In this document: positions 17,364-28,977 of the stretch, one piece after another | Layout: the number at the start of each line of letters is the position of its first letter | How positions within the stretch are numbered: position 1 is the stretch's first letter | NCBI GenBank assembly: GCA_030824575.1 | Contig: JAVBXL010000015.1 | Location: 4,034 to 68,033, forward strand | Source of the DNA: a bacterium | Lineage (GTDB): Bacteria; Pseudomonadota; Alphaproteobacteria; Sphingomonadales; Sphingomonadaceae | Direction: 5' to 3' | Length of the DNA: 64,000 nt | Made by a program: the position numbers and the translations under genes | The notes under the pieces: model-generated | Told to the model about the DNA's origin: nothing | The model's input: only the letters and a program-made list of their open reading frames with translations | Database searches by the model: none

Positions 17364-18664
17364 GGGGTTTTCTCCTGGCTGTTCTCTTCTCGCCCGATGT
17401 CGGGTGGATCGAAGCTTCGTGCAAGGCGCAATTCGGGAAAGAGTCGCGCCCAATAAAGGGTGATAAGGATAGCACCAACGCCGCCGCCGATCACCGCCGC
17501 GACCGGGCCGACCAGCGCGGCGAGAAAGCCGGATTCTGCCTCGCCCAGTTCGTTGGAGGCGGAAATGGTGAGCTGCGACAGGCTGGACACGCGCCCGCGC
17601 ATAGCATCGGGCGTGTGCAACTGCACCAGCGACTGGCGCACGAACACCGACACCATGTCCGCGCTGCCCAGCACAACCAGCGCCGCGATGCCCACCTCGA
17701 TCGCGATGCTGCGCGGCAGGAAAGCGGTGCAGCCGAAGGCGATCGTCGCGAGGCCGAACAGCATGACCGATCCCAGCATCTTGACCCCGACATTGGTCTT
17801 CATCGGGCGGAAGGAGAACCACAGCGCCGTCAGCCCGGCGCCGATGCCCGGCGCGGCGGCCAGATGGCCCAGGCCCGCCGACCCAACATGCAATATGTCG
17901 CGGGCATAGACCGGCAGCAGCGCGGTTGCGCCCGCCAGCAGCACCGCGAAGAGGTCCAGCGTGATCGTCGCGAGCACCAGCCGGTTCCCCCGGACATAGG
18001 CGAAGCCGTCGATCATCTGGCGGATGGGATGGCGGCTGGTGTCGCGCGGCGGTTGCGGCACGGGGCCGATCAGCATCATGGCGCCCAGCGCCACCCCAAA
18101 CAGCGCCGACGCCAGCGCATAGGCGCCCCAAGGCGTGGCTGCATAGGCATAGCCGCCCAGCGCCGGCCCGGCGATCGATCCGGCCTGCCACACGACGCTG
18201 GAAATCGCGATGGCATTGGGCAGGACCGCGGGCGGCACCAGATTAGGGGCAAGCGCGCCATAAGCGGGACCATTGAAGGCGCGCGCCGTGCCGACAATGA
18301 CGGCGATGCCCAAGATCAATGGCAGGCTGACCCAGCCCTCATAGGTCGCAAAGGCCAGCAATCCTGCCGCGATCGCCAAGAGCGCGAGTGTGATTCGGGA
18401 AATCCACCGCCGGTCATAATGGTCCGCGACCCAGCCAGTGACGGGAGTCAGAAAGAAAAGCGGCAGGAATTGCGCCAGGCCGATCAGGCCCAGTTGCGCT
18501 GCGGCCCCCGACGTCGTCATCGTCTCGCGCGCGATATTATAGGCTTGCCACCCCAATATGATCATCATGCCATATTGCGCCAGCACGGCACAGAGCCGCC
18601 CCACCAGATAGGCGCGGAAATTGCTGAAATGCAGGGGGTGGCGGGGGGAGGGGGCAGCCGTCAT
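17360..18664 (-). CDS. MFS transporter (MFS_3 / H+ antiporter-like)
   Basis: About 12 hydrophobic segments, [10 protein letters not shown] and PDAMRGRV motifs. Stop overlaps the cysK start. Confidence 0.88.
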   Translation of the reverse strand: MTAAPSPRHPLHFSNFRAYLVGRLCAVLAQYGMMIILGWQAYNIARETMTTSGAAAQLGLIGLAQFLPLFFLTPVTGWVADHYDRRWISRITLALLAIAAGLLAFATYEGWVSLPLILGIAVIVGTARAFNGPAYGALAPNLVPPAVLPNAIAISSVVWQAGSIAGPALGGYAYAATPWGAYALASALFGVALGAMMLIGPVPQPPRDTSRHPIRQMIDGFAYVRGNRLVLATITLDLFAVLLAGATALLPVYARDILHVGSAGLGHLAAAPGIGAGLTALWFSFRPMKTNVGVKMLGSVMLFGLATIAFGCTAFLPRSIAIEVGIAALVVLGSADMVSVFVRQSLVQLHTPDAMRGRVSSLSQLTISASNELGEAESGFLAALVGPVAAVIGGGVGAILITLYWARLFPELRLARSFDPPDIGREENSQEKTP

Positions 18665-18791
18665 GGCGACGGCTTTAGCGGCGCTTATGTTGCCGAAGCA
18701 ACAGGCGCGCGACCCACCATGCAACAAGATTTGCTTTACGACCTATGAGCGGGGAGGGCGGCGATCCATCCTGCCCGCCCCATACGGCCGA

Positions 18792-19181
18792 TCAGCGCTT
18801 CAACAGCACGCCGCTGACCGATCCGTTACGCACGGAACAGACGAAAGGCACGGTGCCGCCATCGGCAAAGCCGATCTCGCCCTCCACCTCCCACCCGGTC
18901 GCCATGGTGCTGGCGCGGGGGCGGCCGATCAGCTTGCCGTCGGGACCGGCCTGGTAGAGCGCCTTGGCCGCGCATGCGTCGCGCGCGGCGGCGGCCGATG
19001 CGATCGGGCCATAGCCGGGCGAGGCATAAGGCGCGCGCCGGGCGTCGCGTTCGGCCTGCCGATCGCGCGCGATGTCGCTGGCGATCGCAGCGCCGATCAC
19101 CTGATGCGGATCGATCGTCTGGGCGTGGAGCGGACTGGCCGCGACCAGCGCTACTATTGTCCAACTCGCTGTCTTTTGCAT
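18792..19181 (-). CDS. Hypothetical exported protein
   Basis: Signal-peptide-like N-terminus, two Cys, WEVEG..FVCSVRNG pattern. Fits the gap between neighbouring genes on the same strand. Confidence 0.6.
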   Translation of the reverse strand: MQKTASWTIVALVAASPLHAQTIDPHQVIGAAIASDIARDRQAERDARRAPYASPGYGPIASAAAARDACAAKALYQAGPDGKLIGRPRASTMATGWEVEGEIGFADGGTVPFVCSVRNGSVSGVLLKR

Positions 19182-19216
19182 GGCGCGCCGCCTCCCAGCC
19201 GGCGCATCATCATAGC

Positions 19217-20848
19217 CTATTTGAACAGGCTTCCCAATATGCCGCGCACCAGCTTGCCCGCGATCCCGCCGGAAGAGGACCTGCGGCTCGATCCGCCGAA
19301 TACCGCGCGGCCCAGTTCGTTGGCGACCTGCCGGCCGACCGAAGATCCCGCCGCCCGCGTGGCCGACTGGATCGCCTTGTCGATCGCGCTGGGCTTGGCT
19401 GCTTCCCGCGCCTCCACCGTCGCGCGCCGGGCCTGCTCCTTCAATTCCGCCTCGCGCTGCTTAGCCTCTACCTTGGCCTGAGCGGCAGCGGTCTTGTCGG
19501 CTTCCGCCTGCGCCTTTTGCGCCTGTGCCGCCGCCGCGGCGGCCTGCCCGCGCGCCGCCAATATCTCTTCGGCCGATTCCCGATCGACCGCATCGTCATA
19601 TTTGCCCGCGACCGGGGAGATCGACTGGATGATCGCCCGTTCCTTGGCATCGAGCGGCCCCAGCCGTGATCGTGGCGGGGCGATCAGCGTGCGCTGCACG
19701 ATTCCGGGCGACCCATCCTCCTGCAACAACGACACCAGCGCTTCGCCGACCTTCAACTGCGTGATCGCCGTCTCAACGTCCAGATCGGGATTGATGCGGA
19801 AGGTTTCCGCTGCGGCCTTGATCGCCCGCTGGTCGCGCGGGGTGAAGGCGCGCAGGGCGTGCTGTACCCGGTTGCCCAGTTGCCCCGCCACATCTTCGGG
19901 AATGTCAATCGGGTTCTGCGTGACGAAATAGACGCCCACGCCCTTGGATCGGATCAGGCGCACCACCTGTTCGATCTTGTCGGTCAGCGCCTTGGGCGCG
20001 TCGTCGAACAGCAGATGCGCCTCGTCGAAGAAGAAGACCAGCTTGGGTTTGTCCGGGTCGCCTACTTCGGGGAGCGTCTCGAACAGTTCGGACAGCAGCC
20101 ATAGCAGGAATGTCGCGTAGAGTTTCGGGCTCTGCATGAGCTTGTCGGCGGCCAGCACGTTGACATAGCCGCGCCCCTTCTCGTCCACCTGCAACATGTC
20201 ATGGATGTCGAGCGCCGGTTCGCCGAAGAAATGATCGCCGCCCTGGGATTCCAGTTGCAGCAACTGCCGCTGGATCGCGCCGACGCTGGCTTTGGTGACA
20301 TTGCCGTAACGGGCGGACAGCGTGTCGGCATTTTCCGCGCAATAGGCCAGCATCGCCTGCAAATCGCCCAGGTCGAGCAGCAGCAGTCCTTCCTCGTCTG
20401 CATATTTGAAGGCGATGGTCAGCACGCCTTCCTGCGTTTCGTTGAGGCCCATCAGGCGCGCGAGCAGCAACGGCCCCATTTCGCTGACGGTGGTGCGGAT
20501 CGGATGGCCCTGCTGCCCATACAGATCCCAGAAGATGGCCGGATTGTCGGCATAGCTGTAATCGGCGATGCCCACTTCGGCAGCGCGCGCCACCAGCTTG
20601 TCGGCATTTTTGGCGGTGGGCGATCCGGCCATGGCAATGCCGGCCAGGTCGCCCTTCACATCGGCCATGAACACCGGCACGCCGAGCGCGGAAAAGCTTT
20701 CGGCGATTCCTTGCAGGGTGACGGTCTTGCCGGTGCCGGTGGCGCCTGCGATCAATCCATGGCGGTTCGCGCGGCGCAGGTTCAGCATCTGCGGAACGCC
20801 CCCGTCCTTGTCCGGTGCGCCAAACCCGATGAAGATACCGTCGCTCAT
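19217..20848 (-). CDS. DUF853/YjgR-family HerA-like ATPase
   Basis: [16 protein letters not shown] Walker A, DVKGD, FFFDEAH Walker [21 protein letters not shown]. Confidence 0.92.
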   Translation of the reverse strand: MSDGIFIGFGAPDKDGGVPQMLNLRRANRHGLIAGATGTGKTVTLQGIAESFSALGVPVFMADVKGDLAGIAMAGSPTAKNADKLVARAAEVGIADYSYADNPAIFWDLYGQQGHPIRTTVSEMGPLLLARLMGLNETQEGVLTIAFKYADEEGLLLLDLGDLQAMLAYCAENADTLSARYGNVTKASVGAIQRQLLQLESQGGDHFFGEPALDIHDMLQVDEKGRGYVNVLAADKLMQSPKLYATFLLWLLSELFETLPEVGDPDKPKLVFFFDEAHLLFDDAPKALTDKIEQVVRLIRSKGVGVYFVTQNPIDIPEDVAGQLGNRVQHALRAFTPRDQRAIKAAAETFRINPDLDVETAITQLKVGEALVSLLQEDGSPGIVQRTLIAPPRSRLGPLDAKERAIIQSISPVAGKYDDAVDRESAEEILAARGQAAAAAAQAQKAQAEADKTAAAQAKVEAKQREAELKEQARRATVEAREAAKPSAIDKAIQSATRAAGSSVGRQVANELGRAVFGGSSRRSSSGGIAGKLVRGILGSLFK

Positions 20849-20860
20849 CTGAAATCCCCG

Positions 20861-20925
20861 AAAAAGAAAACCCGCTCGCCCCGGACCTGTCGAACAATGT
20901 CAACAGGTCCGGCCCGAACGGGTTT
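20861..20925 (-). terminator. Hairpin/terminator downstream of degP
   Basis: CCGGACCTGT/ACAGGTCCGG inner stem, AAACCCG/CGGGTTT outer stem, T-run on the minus strand. Confidence 0.6.
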
Positions 20926-20975
20926 GAATTGGCTATCCCAACTCTAACGAGCCGGCCGCCATCGGCAAGTGCCGC

Positions 20976-22493
20976 TTACTTGTCGCGCAGGCGGATCGGC
21001 AGGAAGATGGCAGGCTGGCCGCGACGCAGCACCTGCAACAGGATGGCTGCGCGACCCTGGGCTGCGACGGCCTTCGCCTGCGCGTCCAGTTCCGCCTGGC
21101 TTGCGATCGGCCGGTTGTTGGCGCTGATGATCACGTCGCCGCGACGCAGGCCCTTGGTGCCCGCATCGGTCGATCCGTCGACAGCGGTGATGACCACGCC
21201 CTTCGTATCGGCGGCGATGCCCAACTGGCGGATGATGCCGGGCGTCAGCGGGATCGCCGAAATGCCCAGCGCCTGTTGGGTCGCCTGACCCGGATTCTGG
21301 TCCTGCTGGCTGAAATCCTCGTCGCCTTGCGGCTGAGCAAAGTTGTTCAGTTCGTCTTCGGACGGGCGCTCCCCGACGATGGCGGTGACCGTTTGACGCT
21401 GGCCGTTACGGATCAGGACGATCGGCACGCGCGCGCCAATATCCTGATTGGCGACGATCGAGGAGAGATTCTGATCCGCGGTCACTTCCTGGCCGGCAAC
21501 GCTGACGATCACGTCGCCCGCCTTGATCCCGGCCTTTTCAGCGCCCTTGCCCGGTTCGACACCCTGCACGAACTCGCCGCGATTCTTGGCAAGGCCAAGC
21601 GAATCGGCCAGGTCTTCACCCAGCGGGCTGATCTGCACGCCCAGATAGCCGCGCTTGATCGCCTGACCCTTACGCAGCGTATCAACGATCGGCGCCGCCT
21701 GTTCGGACGGGATGGCGAAGCCGATGCCGACATTGCCGCCCGACGGCGACAGGATCTGGCTGTTGATGCCGATGACATTGCCGCGCATGTCGAACATCGG
21801 GCCACCGGAGTTGCCCTGGTTGATCGACGCATCGGTCTGGATGAACTTGTCATAGCCCGACGTGCCGCCGGTATTGCGGTGCAGGGCGGAGATGATGCCC
21901 GCCGTCACCGTGCCCGACAGGGCGAAAGGGTTGCCGATCGCGACGACCCAGTCGCCCACGCGCGCCTTCGTGCTGTCGCCGAACTTGACGAAGGGCAGCG
22001 GCCTGGGCGACTCGATCTTCAGCACCGCCAGGTCGGTCGCGGCATCGCGGCCGATCAGCTTGGCGGGAAATTCCTGCTTGTCGGTCATCGTAACGGTGAT
22101 TGAATCGACGCTCGCGCCCTCTGCACCAGCCGACACCACATGGTTGTTGGTGACGATATAGCCGTCGGCGGAGATCAGGAAGCCCGATCCCAGCGACTGG
22201 GCCTGGCGCGTCTGCGGCTGCGCGCCGCCCTGCTGGCCCTGGCCGAACAATTCGCCAAAAGGCGTGCCGGCGAAGGGGTTCTGCACCTTCACCCGCTGCT
22301 TGGTGGAGATATTGACGACGGCGGGTTGCAGCTTCTCGACCATGTCGGCGAGGCTGGCCGGCGCGCCCGCGGGGGCTGCTGCCGTCAGGCCTTCATTCTG
22401 CGCGGTCTGCGCCCCGACATTGGAACTGGTCGTGACCGCGATGGCGGTGCCGCCGAGCAGCAGGGCGCCGGTGATGGCATAAGCGTAACGCAC
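20976..22493 (-). CDS. degP: Do/DegQ-family periplasmic serine endopeptidase with two PDZ domains
   Basis: TNNHVV, TDLAVLK and GNSGGP catalytic triad, PDZ motifs. Follows hflKC as is usual in Alphaproteobacteria. Confidence 0.92.
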   Translation of the reverse strand: MRYAYAITGALLLGGTAIAVTTSSNVGAQTAQNEGLTAAAPAGAPASLADMVEKLQPAVVNISTKQRVKVQNPFAGTPFGELFGQGQQGGAQPQTRQAQSLGSGFLISADGYIVTNNHVVSAGAEGASVDSITVTMTDKQEFPAKLIGRDAATDLAVLKIESPRPLPFVKFGDSTKARVGDWVVAIGNPFALSGTVTAGIISALHRNTGGTSGYDKFIQTDASINQGNSGGPMFDMRGNVIGINSQILSPSGGNVGIGFAIPSEQAAPIVDTLRKGQAIKRGYLGVQISPLGEDLADSLGLAKNRGEFVQGVEPGKGAEKAGIKAGDVIVSVAGQEVTADQNLSSIVANQDIGARVPIVLIRNGQRQTVTAIVGERPSEDELNNFAQPQGDEDFSQQDQNPGQATQQALGISAIPLTPGIIRQLGIAADTKGVVITAVDGSTDAGTKGLRRGDVIISANNRPIASQAELDAQAKAVAAQGRAAILLQVLRRGQPAIFLPIRLRDK

Positions 22494-22630
22494 TCGTGAC
22501 GGTCCTCTTCAAAGCTTCAGGGGTAAGGAAGGCGGGACTTTTAGGAAGCCTTCAGATGCTCCGCCTTGCCTTAACCCTCATTGAATGACGCTGGTTCCGT
22601 AATGATCCCCGTGGACATCATGACGAAAGT

Positions 22631-23479
22631 TTAACGTCGTCCCTGAAATTGCCGCAGGAATTCATTGTCCGGCGACAGGATGATATTGGTCTGGCCCGGC
22701 CGATCGGGCGCGAAGGTGTAGCGATAGCTCTGCATCCCCCGATAGAAATCGTAGAAGGAGGGGTCTTTGCCGAAGCTTTCGGCATAGATGCGCGCGGCGT
22801 TGGCGTCGGCTTCCGCGCGGATGATCTGCGCCTGCTTGGCGCCTTGCGCTTCGATCGTCAGCGCTTCCTGTTTCCGGGCCGTGCTCATACGATTGAAGGC
22901 GCTTTCCAGCGGCGTGCCGTCGGGCAGGTCGGCGCGCTTGATCCGCACGTCCACGATCTCCGCGCCATATTGGCGCGCGACCCGGTCCAGCCCCGCCTCG
23001 ATATTCTGCATCACCTGGCCGCGTTCGGGGCTGAGCAGCGCGGCGAAAGGCCGCTTGCCCAGTTCGTTGCGCAGCGCGGAACCCAGGATCGGGCGGAGTG
23101 CTTCGCCCACGCGCTCCTCATTGCCCGCCGCGATGTACATGCGCAGCGGATCGACGATGCGATAGCGGGCGAAGGCATCGACCTGCAGGCGCAACTGGTC
23201 GGTCGACAGCACCTGCTGACGCTCCATCTCGACCGACAGGACACGCTTGTCGATCCAGACGATCTGGTCGACGAACGGCCAGCGCCAGATGATGCCGGCC
23301 CCGGTGTTGCCGAAACTTTCGTTGGGGCGATAGCGGTTGATGATCGCCTTTGGATCGCCGAAACGGACGACCACGCCCTGCTTGGTTTCGGGCACGATCG
23401 CCACGGTGCTGCCGATCATGATCAGCAGCGCAAGCAGTATCAGTGCAAGGGCGACGGGATGGCGGAAGATTCCGGGCAT
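22631..23479 (-). CDS. hflC: FtsH protease modulator HflC
   Basis: SPFH domain, DVRIKRADLP, FYDFYR..SY. Directly downstream of hflK. Confidence 0.93.
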   Translation of the reverse strand: MPGIFRHPVALALILLALLIMIGSTVAIVPETKQGVVVRFGDPKAIINRYRPNESFGNTGAGIIWRWPFVDQIVWIDKRVLSVEMERQQVLSTDQLRLQVDAFARYRIVDPLRMYIAAGNEERVGEALRPILGSALRNELGKRPFAALLSPERGQVMQNIEAGLDRVARQYGAEIVDVRIKRADLPDGTPLESAFNRMSTARKQEALTIEAQGAKQAQIIRAEADANAARIYAESFGKDPSFYDFYRGMQSYRYTFAPDRPGQTNIILSPDNEFLRQFQGRR

Positions 23480-24606
23480 CACTGGCCTCCCGTGCTGGGG
23501 GCGTCTGGGGCAGGGGTCGCCTGCGCACGGCGCTTGATTTCGGGCAGCGGAAGATAGGGCGTCACATTGCCTCCCTCGACGATGGTCTTGTCGACGTTCG
23601 ACAGCACGCTCTCCATGGTTTCATAATACATGCGGCGGCGGGTCACGTCGGGCGACAGTCTATATTGCTCATAGACCTTGTCGAAGGCCGCGGCCTCACC
23701 CTGCGCCTTGGCGGTGACCTGCTGTGCGGCGGCCCGCGCCTGATTGAGGTAGGTCTGCGCCGTCTGTTGTGCGGCTGACACCGCCTTGAACGCGTCGTTG
23801 ACGGCAGCCGGCGGGTCGGCCTGCTTGATCGCGACGCCCTGGATGCGAATGCCCGACTTATAGCCGTCCAATATCTCCTGCATCCGCAATTCGACCTGTT
23901 GTTCGATCGCGGTGCGTCCGGCGCCCAGCGCATCGTCCAGGCTGACGCTGGCGAGCACGGCGCGCATCGCGCTTTCGGCGACCTCGCGCACGCTGGCGTC
24001 CGGGTCCGATAGCTGGAACAGATAGAGTTCTGGATTGCGGATGTTCCAGCGCACCGAATAAGCGAGGTCGATGATATTCTGATCGCCGGTCAGCACCAGA
24101 TTTTCGCTCTCCGCGCTGGCGGAGCCGACATCGATGGTGCGGATTTCCTCGACATCGACCGTGGCCACCGCTTCGAACGGGGCGGGCAGGGTCAGGCTGA
24201 TGCCCGGCGTCAGGGTCCGGCTATATTTGCCGAGCAGGGTGACGACGCCGCGCTCCTGCGGGCCGACGCGATGGAAACTGGTCAGGACCAGCCACAATAT
24301 CACTACCAGGGCGATGGCGATGGGCCAGAGCGCCTTGCCCGACGCGCGCGGGGGAAGCCCGCCAAAGCCACCGCCATTGCCGCCGCCGCCCTGACCGAAG
24401 CTTTCGCGGCCGCGACGCAGCAGTTCTTCGATGGCCGATGGCCCCTTCTGGCCGCCGGACGGTCTGCCCGGCTGGGTCCACGGGTTGCGAGGGCCGCCGT
24501 CGCCGCCACCCTTCTGTCCGTCCCCTTCGGGTCCGTCATTCTTGCCGCCCCAGGGGCCTTGGACCATCGCTGCGATCGCGGGCATCCACCCGAACATTCT
24601 TCTCAT
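23479..24606 (-). CDS. hflK: FtsH protease modulator HflK
   Basis: GPWG N-terminus, LTGDQNII, AESAMR, PDVTRRRMYYETME. Confidence 0.93.
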   Translation of the reverse strand: MRRMFGWMPAIAAMVQGPWGGKNDGPEGDGQKGGGDGGPRNPWTQPGRPSGGQKGPSAIEELLRRGRESFGQGGGGNGGGFGGLPPRASGKALWPIAIALVVILWLVLTSFHRVGPQERGVVTLLGKYSRTLTPGISLTLPAPFEAVATVDVEEIRTIDVGSASAESENLVLTGDQNIIDLAYSVRWNIRNPELYLFQLSDPDASVREVAESAMRAVLASVSLDDALGAGRTAIEQQVELRMQEILDGYKSGIRIQGVAIKQADPPAAVNDAFKAVSAAQQTAQTYLNQARAAAQQVTAKAQGEAAAFDKVYEQYRLSPDVTRRRMYYETMESVLSNVDKTIVEGGNVTPYLPLPEIKRRAQATPAPDAPSTGGQ

Positions 24607-24680
24607 GCCACCTTCTATAGGAAGGCTCTTCGCCGAAAAACAGTGCAAATGCCCTCGATTATTTCCTACAGGGCATCGCC

Positions 24681-25688
24681 ATGACCGATCTTGCCGATTT
24701 CACCGCCCGTCTGACCGCCCTTACCGATGGCCGCGCCAGCGCGCCGCGGCTCAAGGAAGGGGTGATGACCATCGCCCTCGACGTAGGCGGACTGGACCCC
24801 GACCGGCGCGAAGGGCTGACCGCCGCTATCCGCGAAGGCGCGCTGACCGTGCCCGGCGTCGCCGACGTCCGCATCGCCATGACCGCGGAGCGTAAGCCCG
24901 AAGAAGCTGTGGCCGCCCCGACACTCCCCCCCAAAGCGCCGCTGCGCATCCTGGCCGTTGCGTCGGGCAAGGGCGGGGTGGGCAAATCGACCTTGTCGGC
25001 CAATCTCGCCGTCGCGCTGCACCGGCTGGGGCTGAAGGTCGGGCTGGTCGACGCCGATATCTACGGTCCGTCGCAGGCACGGCTGATGGGGAGCGAGGAT
25101 CAAAAGCCCCAGGCCCGCGACAAGAAGCTGATCCCGGTCACCGGCACGCTGGGCATCCCGATGCTGTCGATGGCGCATCTGGTGGAACCGGGCAAGGCGT
25201 TGGCCTGGCGCGGACCGATGGTGGGCAATGCACTTACGCAGCTGATCGACGCAGAATGGGGCGACACCGAATTGCTGGTGGTCGACATGCCACCTGGCAC
25301 CGGCGACATTCAGTTGACCATGGTGCAGAAGCACAAGCCCGCTGGTGCTGTGATCGTGTCCACGCCGCAGGATCTGGCGCTGATCGACGCTACCCGCGCG
25401 GTCAGCCTGTTCCATCAGGCCGGTGTCCCGATGGTCGGGCTGGTCGAGAATATGGCTGGTTATGCCTGCCCGCATTGCGGCGAACTGTCCGATCCCTTCG
25501 GCCATGGCGGGGCGGAAAGCAAAGCGGGCGACCTGTCCATGCCCTTCCTGGGCCGTATCCCGCTGGCGATAGACATCCGCAGCCGCTCCGACGCAGGCGA
25601 TCCGCCGGCGGCCGGCGAGGGCGTTCATGCCGATGCCTTCCACGCCATTGCGCGCAAGGTCGCCGACTGGCTCAAGGCATCAGCCTGA
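24681..25688 (+). CDS. apbC: Mrp/NBP35 (ApbC) Fe-S cluster carrier ATPase
   Basis: SGKGGVGKST, DADIYGPS, WRGPM, DMPPGTGD, ENM...CPHCG. Confidence 0.93.
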   Translation: MTDLADFTARLTALTDGRASAPRLKEGVMTIALDVGGLDPDRREGLTAAIREGALTVPGVADVRIAMTAERKPEEAVAAPTLPPKAPLRILAVASGKGGVGKSTLSANLAVALHRLGLKVGLVDADIYGPSQARLMGSEDQKPQARDKKLIPVTGTLGIPMLSMAHLVEPGKALAWRGPMVGNALTQLIDAEWGDTELLVVDMPPGTGDIQLTMVQKHKPAGAVIVSTPQDLALIDATRAVSLFHQAGVPMVGLVENMAGYACPHCGELSDPFGHGGAESKAGDLSMPFLGRIPLAIDIRSRSDAGDPPAAGEGVHADAFHAIARKVADWLKASA

Positions 25689-26147
25689 TTACAGCATCAG
25701 GTGCAGATACTGGCTGAAACCGTTCGGTTCATAATCGCCGAATGCGTCGCCGTCGATGAAGCCATGGGCGCGATACAGCGCCAGCGCGGGTTCGAAGGCG
25801 GCGCCGCAACCGGTTTCCAGGCTCAGCCGCGCCATGCCGTGGTCGCGCGCGACCGTGACGATGTGCCGCAGCAGCGCGCCGGCCACGCCCTTGCGCAGAT
25901 GGTCGGGATGGGTCCGCATCGACTTGATCTCCCCCTGATCGGCCGACAGCGTCCGCAGCGCGCCGACCCCGGCGACCGCCGCGCCGTCCCATAAGGTCCA
26001 CACGCTGATATCGGCGGTTTGCAAGCCTGACAGGTCAAGCGCGAACACGGCGTCGGGTGGGCTGTCAGCCTGCATCCCGGCCAGGTGGAGCGCCAGCAGC
26101 GCGCGCGTCTGCGGATCGGTCAGGTTGTCGGGGCGGATATCGAACAT
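25689..26147 (-). CDS. GNAT-family N-acetyltransferase
   Basis: GEIKSMRTHPDHLRKGVAGALL, LSLETG, ALALY. Start MFDIRPD at 26147. Confidence 0.88.
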   Translation of the reverse strand: MFDIRPDNLTDPQTRALLALHLAGMQADSPPDAVFALDLSGLQTADISVWTLWDGAAVAGVGALRTLSADQGEIKSMRTHPDHLRKGVAGALLRHIVTVARDHGMARLSLETGCGAAFEPALALYRAHGFIDGDAFGDYEPNGFSQYLHLML

Positions 26148-26235
26148 GGCCTGATCCTTATATCGGGGACGCGATGAAAGGAACGTCTTGCGTTCGCCTG
26201 CGTCCTCCCCATCTCGGTCGCAAAGGAAATACGCC

Positions 26236-26670
26236 ATGCCGCTTACCGCCCCGCAGGACATCGCCGCGTTGCTGTCCGAAACCCGCACGATCGCGCTGGT
26301 CGGCATTTCCGATCGCCCGGACCGCCCCAGCTACGGCGTCATGAAGTTCCTCCAGAGCCATGGCTATCGCGTCCTGCCGGTCAATCCGCAGATTGCGGGC
26401 GAACATGTCCATGGCGAATTTGTCTGGGGGCGATTGTCCGACATCGGCGTGCCGATCGACATGGTGGACATTTTCCGCCGCAGCGAAGCCGCGGGGGAGG
26501 CTGTGGACGACGCTATCGCCGCCGGGGCCAAGGCGGTATGGATGCAGCTGGGCGTCGTCAACGAAGCGGCGGCCGCCCGCGCCGAAGCGGCCGGGTTGAG
26601 GGTGGTGATGGACCGTTGTCCCGCGATCGACATTCCGCGGCTAGGCGTTCCGCCGATCCTATCCGAATAG
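26236..26670 (+). CDS. CoA-binding protein (YccU-like)
   Basis: IALVGIS..PDRPSY, PVNP, DMVDIFR, WMQLG, VVMDRC. Confidence 0.9.
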   Translation: MPLTAPQDIAALLSETRTIALVGISDRPDRPSYGVMKFLQSHGYRVLPVNPQIAGEHVHGEFVWGRLSDIGVPIDMVDIFRRSEAAGEAVDDAIAAGAKAVWMQLGVVNEAAAARAEAAGLRVVMDRCPAIDIPRLGVPPILSE

Positions 26671-26709
26671 CCCTAGGCAGGGCAGGCCTGGGCCTCTATC
26701 AGGCAAGGC

Positions 26710-28977
26710 ATGGCGCGAAACCCGCGGAAGCAATCCGGTAAATATCAGGGCATCAACCGGCGCACGCTGCTGGTCGGCGGCGGCGCAGCGGCAGGCTTGC
26801 TGGTCGCTTGGGGCGTCTGGCCGCGCAGCTACCAGCCTAATCTCAATGCCGGTCCCGGCGAAACCATCGTCAACGCCTTCCTGAAGATCGACGCATCTGG
26901 CCAGATCATTGTCGTCGTGCCGCAGACTGAAATGGGGCAGGGCGTTACCACCATCCTGCCGCAGATATTGGCCGACGAACTGGGCGCGGACTGGCGCACG
27001 GTGGCGGTGCAGAGCGCGCCGATCAGCCCGCTCTACGCCAACACGCTGCTGGCACGCGAATGGCTGGCGAGCGACTGGACGCGATTGCTGGGCGATGCCG
27101 GCGACTGGGCGATCGGCCAATATGCGACGCGCGGCGCGCTGATGCTGACCGGCGGCGGCACGTCCGTCCCGATGTTCCGCGACGCCTATCGCGATGCTGG
27201 TGCGGCAGCGCGCGTGCTGTTGTGCAAGGCGGCGGCGGCGCGCTGGGCCATTCCCTGGGAAAGCTGCGACATTCAGGAAGGCATCATCTCCGATGGTGGT
27301 GCCCACCGTATGAAGATCGGCGATGTGGTCGCCGATGCCGCCCGGTTCGACCTGCCCGATATACTGCCCTATCGCCAGGGACAGGATGGTCGCCTGTCGG
27401 GGCAGGATCTGCCGCGCCTCGATACGCCGTCCAAGATCGACGGCAGCCATAATTTCACTGCCGACATTCGTCTGCCCGACATGGTCTATGCCTCGATCCG
27501 GCAGGGGCCGATCGGCGACGCCATGCTGGCCGGACTGGACGAACGCGCCGCTGGCAGCGTTATCGGCCTCCTCAAGCTCGTGCGGCAGGAACGCTGGGTG
27601 GCCGCAGTCGCCAGCAACTGGTGGGCCGCGAACAAGGCGCTCGACCTGGCCGATCCGGTCTTCACCCTGCGCGGCGTGCCGGTCAGCAGCGGTGGCATAG
27701 ACGACGCATTGGAGGAGGCATTTTCGGGTTCGGCTGGCCGCCGCCTCTACGCCCAGGGCGATCTTGGCCCGGTGTTCGAGGGGGCGACCATCCTCGCCAG
27801 CGAATATCAGGTCGATGCCGGGTTGCATCTGGCGTTAGAGTCCCTGTGCGCCACCGCCCGCGTCACCGATGCCGGCGCGGAAATCTGGATGGCGACGCAG
27901 GCGCCGGGCCTGGCCCGCGTGGCGATCGCTGATGCGCTGGGCCTGCCGGAACGGACGGTGACGCTCTATCCGCTCCATGCCGGCGGGTCGTTCGGGCGGG
28001 CGATGGACTGGGACGCAGGCGTGCAGGCGGCTTTGCTGGCGCGCGACATGGGGCGGCCGGTGCAACTGCTCTGGTCGCGGCTGGAGGATGTGGTGCAGGA
28101 TCGACCCAGCGCCCCCGCCCATGCCCGCATGGCGGCCAAGCTCGGCCGCAACGGCGCGATCGAGGGCTGGCTGGCGAAGGTCGCCGCACCCTGCGCGCTG
28201 ACGCAGACATGGGCGCGGATCGCCGACGGCGCATTGCCGCACGCCGCGGCAGCGGATGCGGCGGACAAGGCGACCCGGCTGGCCGTCGCCGGCATGGTGC
28301 CGCCCTATGCCATTCCCCACTGGGCGGTCGATCATTTCCCGACCGATGTGGGCCTGCCGCTCGGCTTCATGCGCGGCAATGCGCATCTATACGGGGCTTT
28401 CTTCACTGAGAGTTTCATCGATGAACTGGCGCATCTGTCGGGGATTGAGGCCATGTCCTTCCGTATCCAGATGCTCGGCGGCAATCCGCGCCTCGCCCAT
28501 TGCCTCTCGACCGCGGCGTCGATGGGCGGCTGGCAAGGCGGCATAGCGGGCAGCGGGCAAGGGATTGCGGCCCATATGATGGACGGTACCTATGCCGCGA
28601 TCATGGTCGAAGCGGCGATGAACGGCGACAAGCTGAGCGTCAGCCGCATCGTCGCTGCGGTCGATGCGGGCGATCAGGTCAATCCCGACATCGCCCGCCA
28701 GCAGATCGAAAGCGGGCTGGTCTATGGTCTGGCCTATGCCATGGGTGCCTCCGTCCCCTATGAACGCGGCCTGCCCACCCGCGCTATTCTCGGCCGCATG
28801 AACCTGCCGCGCCTCGCCGACATCGGCGAAGTCACGGTGGAACTGATGCGCAGCACTGCCGATCCCGCTGGCGTCAGCGATCTGGTTGCCCCGCTCGTCG
28901 CCCCCGCCATCGCCAACGCCCTGTACACATGGACAGGTCAGCGCATGCGCAGCCTGCCGCTAGTGGGAGCCGCATGA
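26710..28977 (+). CDS. Xanthine dehydrogenase-family molybdopterin-binding subunit (IorB-like) with Tat-like signal
   Basis: INRRTLL Tat-like motif, EMGQGV, LADELGADW, TGGGTSV, GGSFG, QQIESG, APAIANA. Confidence 0.9.
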   Translation: MARNPRKQSGKYQGINRRTLLVGGGAAAGLLVAWGVWPRSYQPNLNAGPGETIVNAFLKIDASGQIIVVVPQTEMGQGVTTILPQILADELGADWRTVAVQSAPISPLYANTLLAREWLASDWTRLLGDAGDWAIGQYATRGALMLTGGGTSVPMFRDAYRDAGAAARVLLCKAAAARWAIPWESCDIQEGIISDGGAHRMKIGDVVADAARFDLPDILPYRQGQDGRLSGQDLPRLDTPSKIDGSHNFTADIRLPDMVYASIRQGPIGDAMLAGLDERAAGSVIGLLKLVRQERWVAAVASNWWAANKALDLADPVFTLRGVPVSSGGIDDALEEAFSGSAGRRLYAQGDLGPVFEGATILASEYQVDAGLHLALESLCATARVTDAGAEIWMATQAPGLARVAIADALGLPERTVTLYPLHAGGSFGRAMDWDAGVQAALLARDMGRPVQLLWSRLEDVVQDRPSAPAHARMAAKLGRNGAIEGWLAKVAAPCALTQTWARIADGALPHAAAADAADKATRLAVAGMVPPYAIPHWAVDHFPTDVGLPLGFMRGNAHLYGAFFTESFIDELAHLSGIEAMSFRIQMLGGNPRLAHCLSTAASMGGWQGGIAGSGQGIAAHMMDGTYAAIMVEAAMNGDKLSVSRIVAAVDAGDQVNPDIARQQIESGLVYGLAYAMGASVPYERGLPTRAILGRMNLPRLADIGEVTVELMRSTADPAGVSDLVAPLVAPAIANALYTWTGQRMRSLPLVGAA

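Noticed and set aside
16446-18191. 581-aa ORF suggesting an N-terminally extended CysK
   Set aside because: The extension overlaps the MFS gene in another frame; CysK homology starts at 17363.
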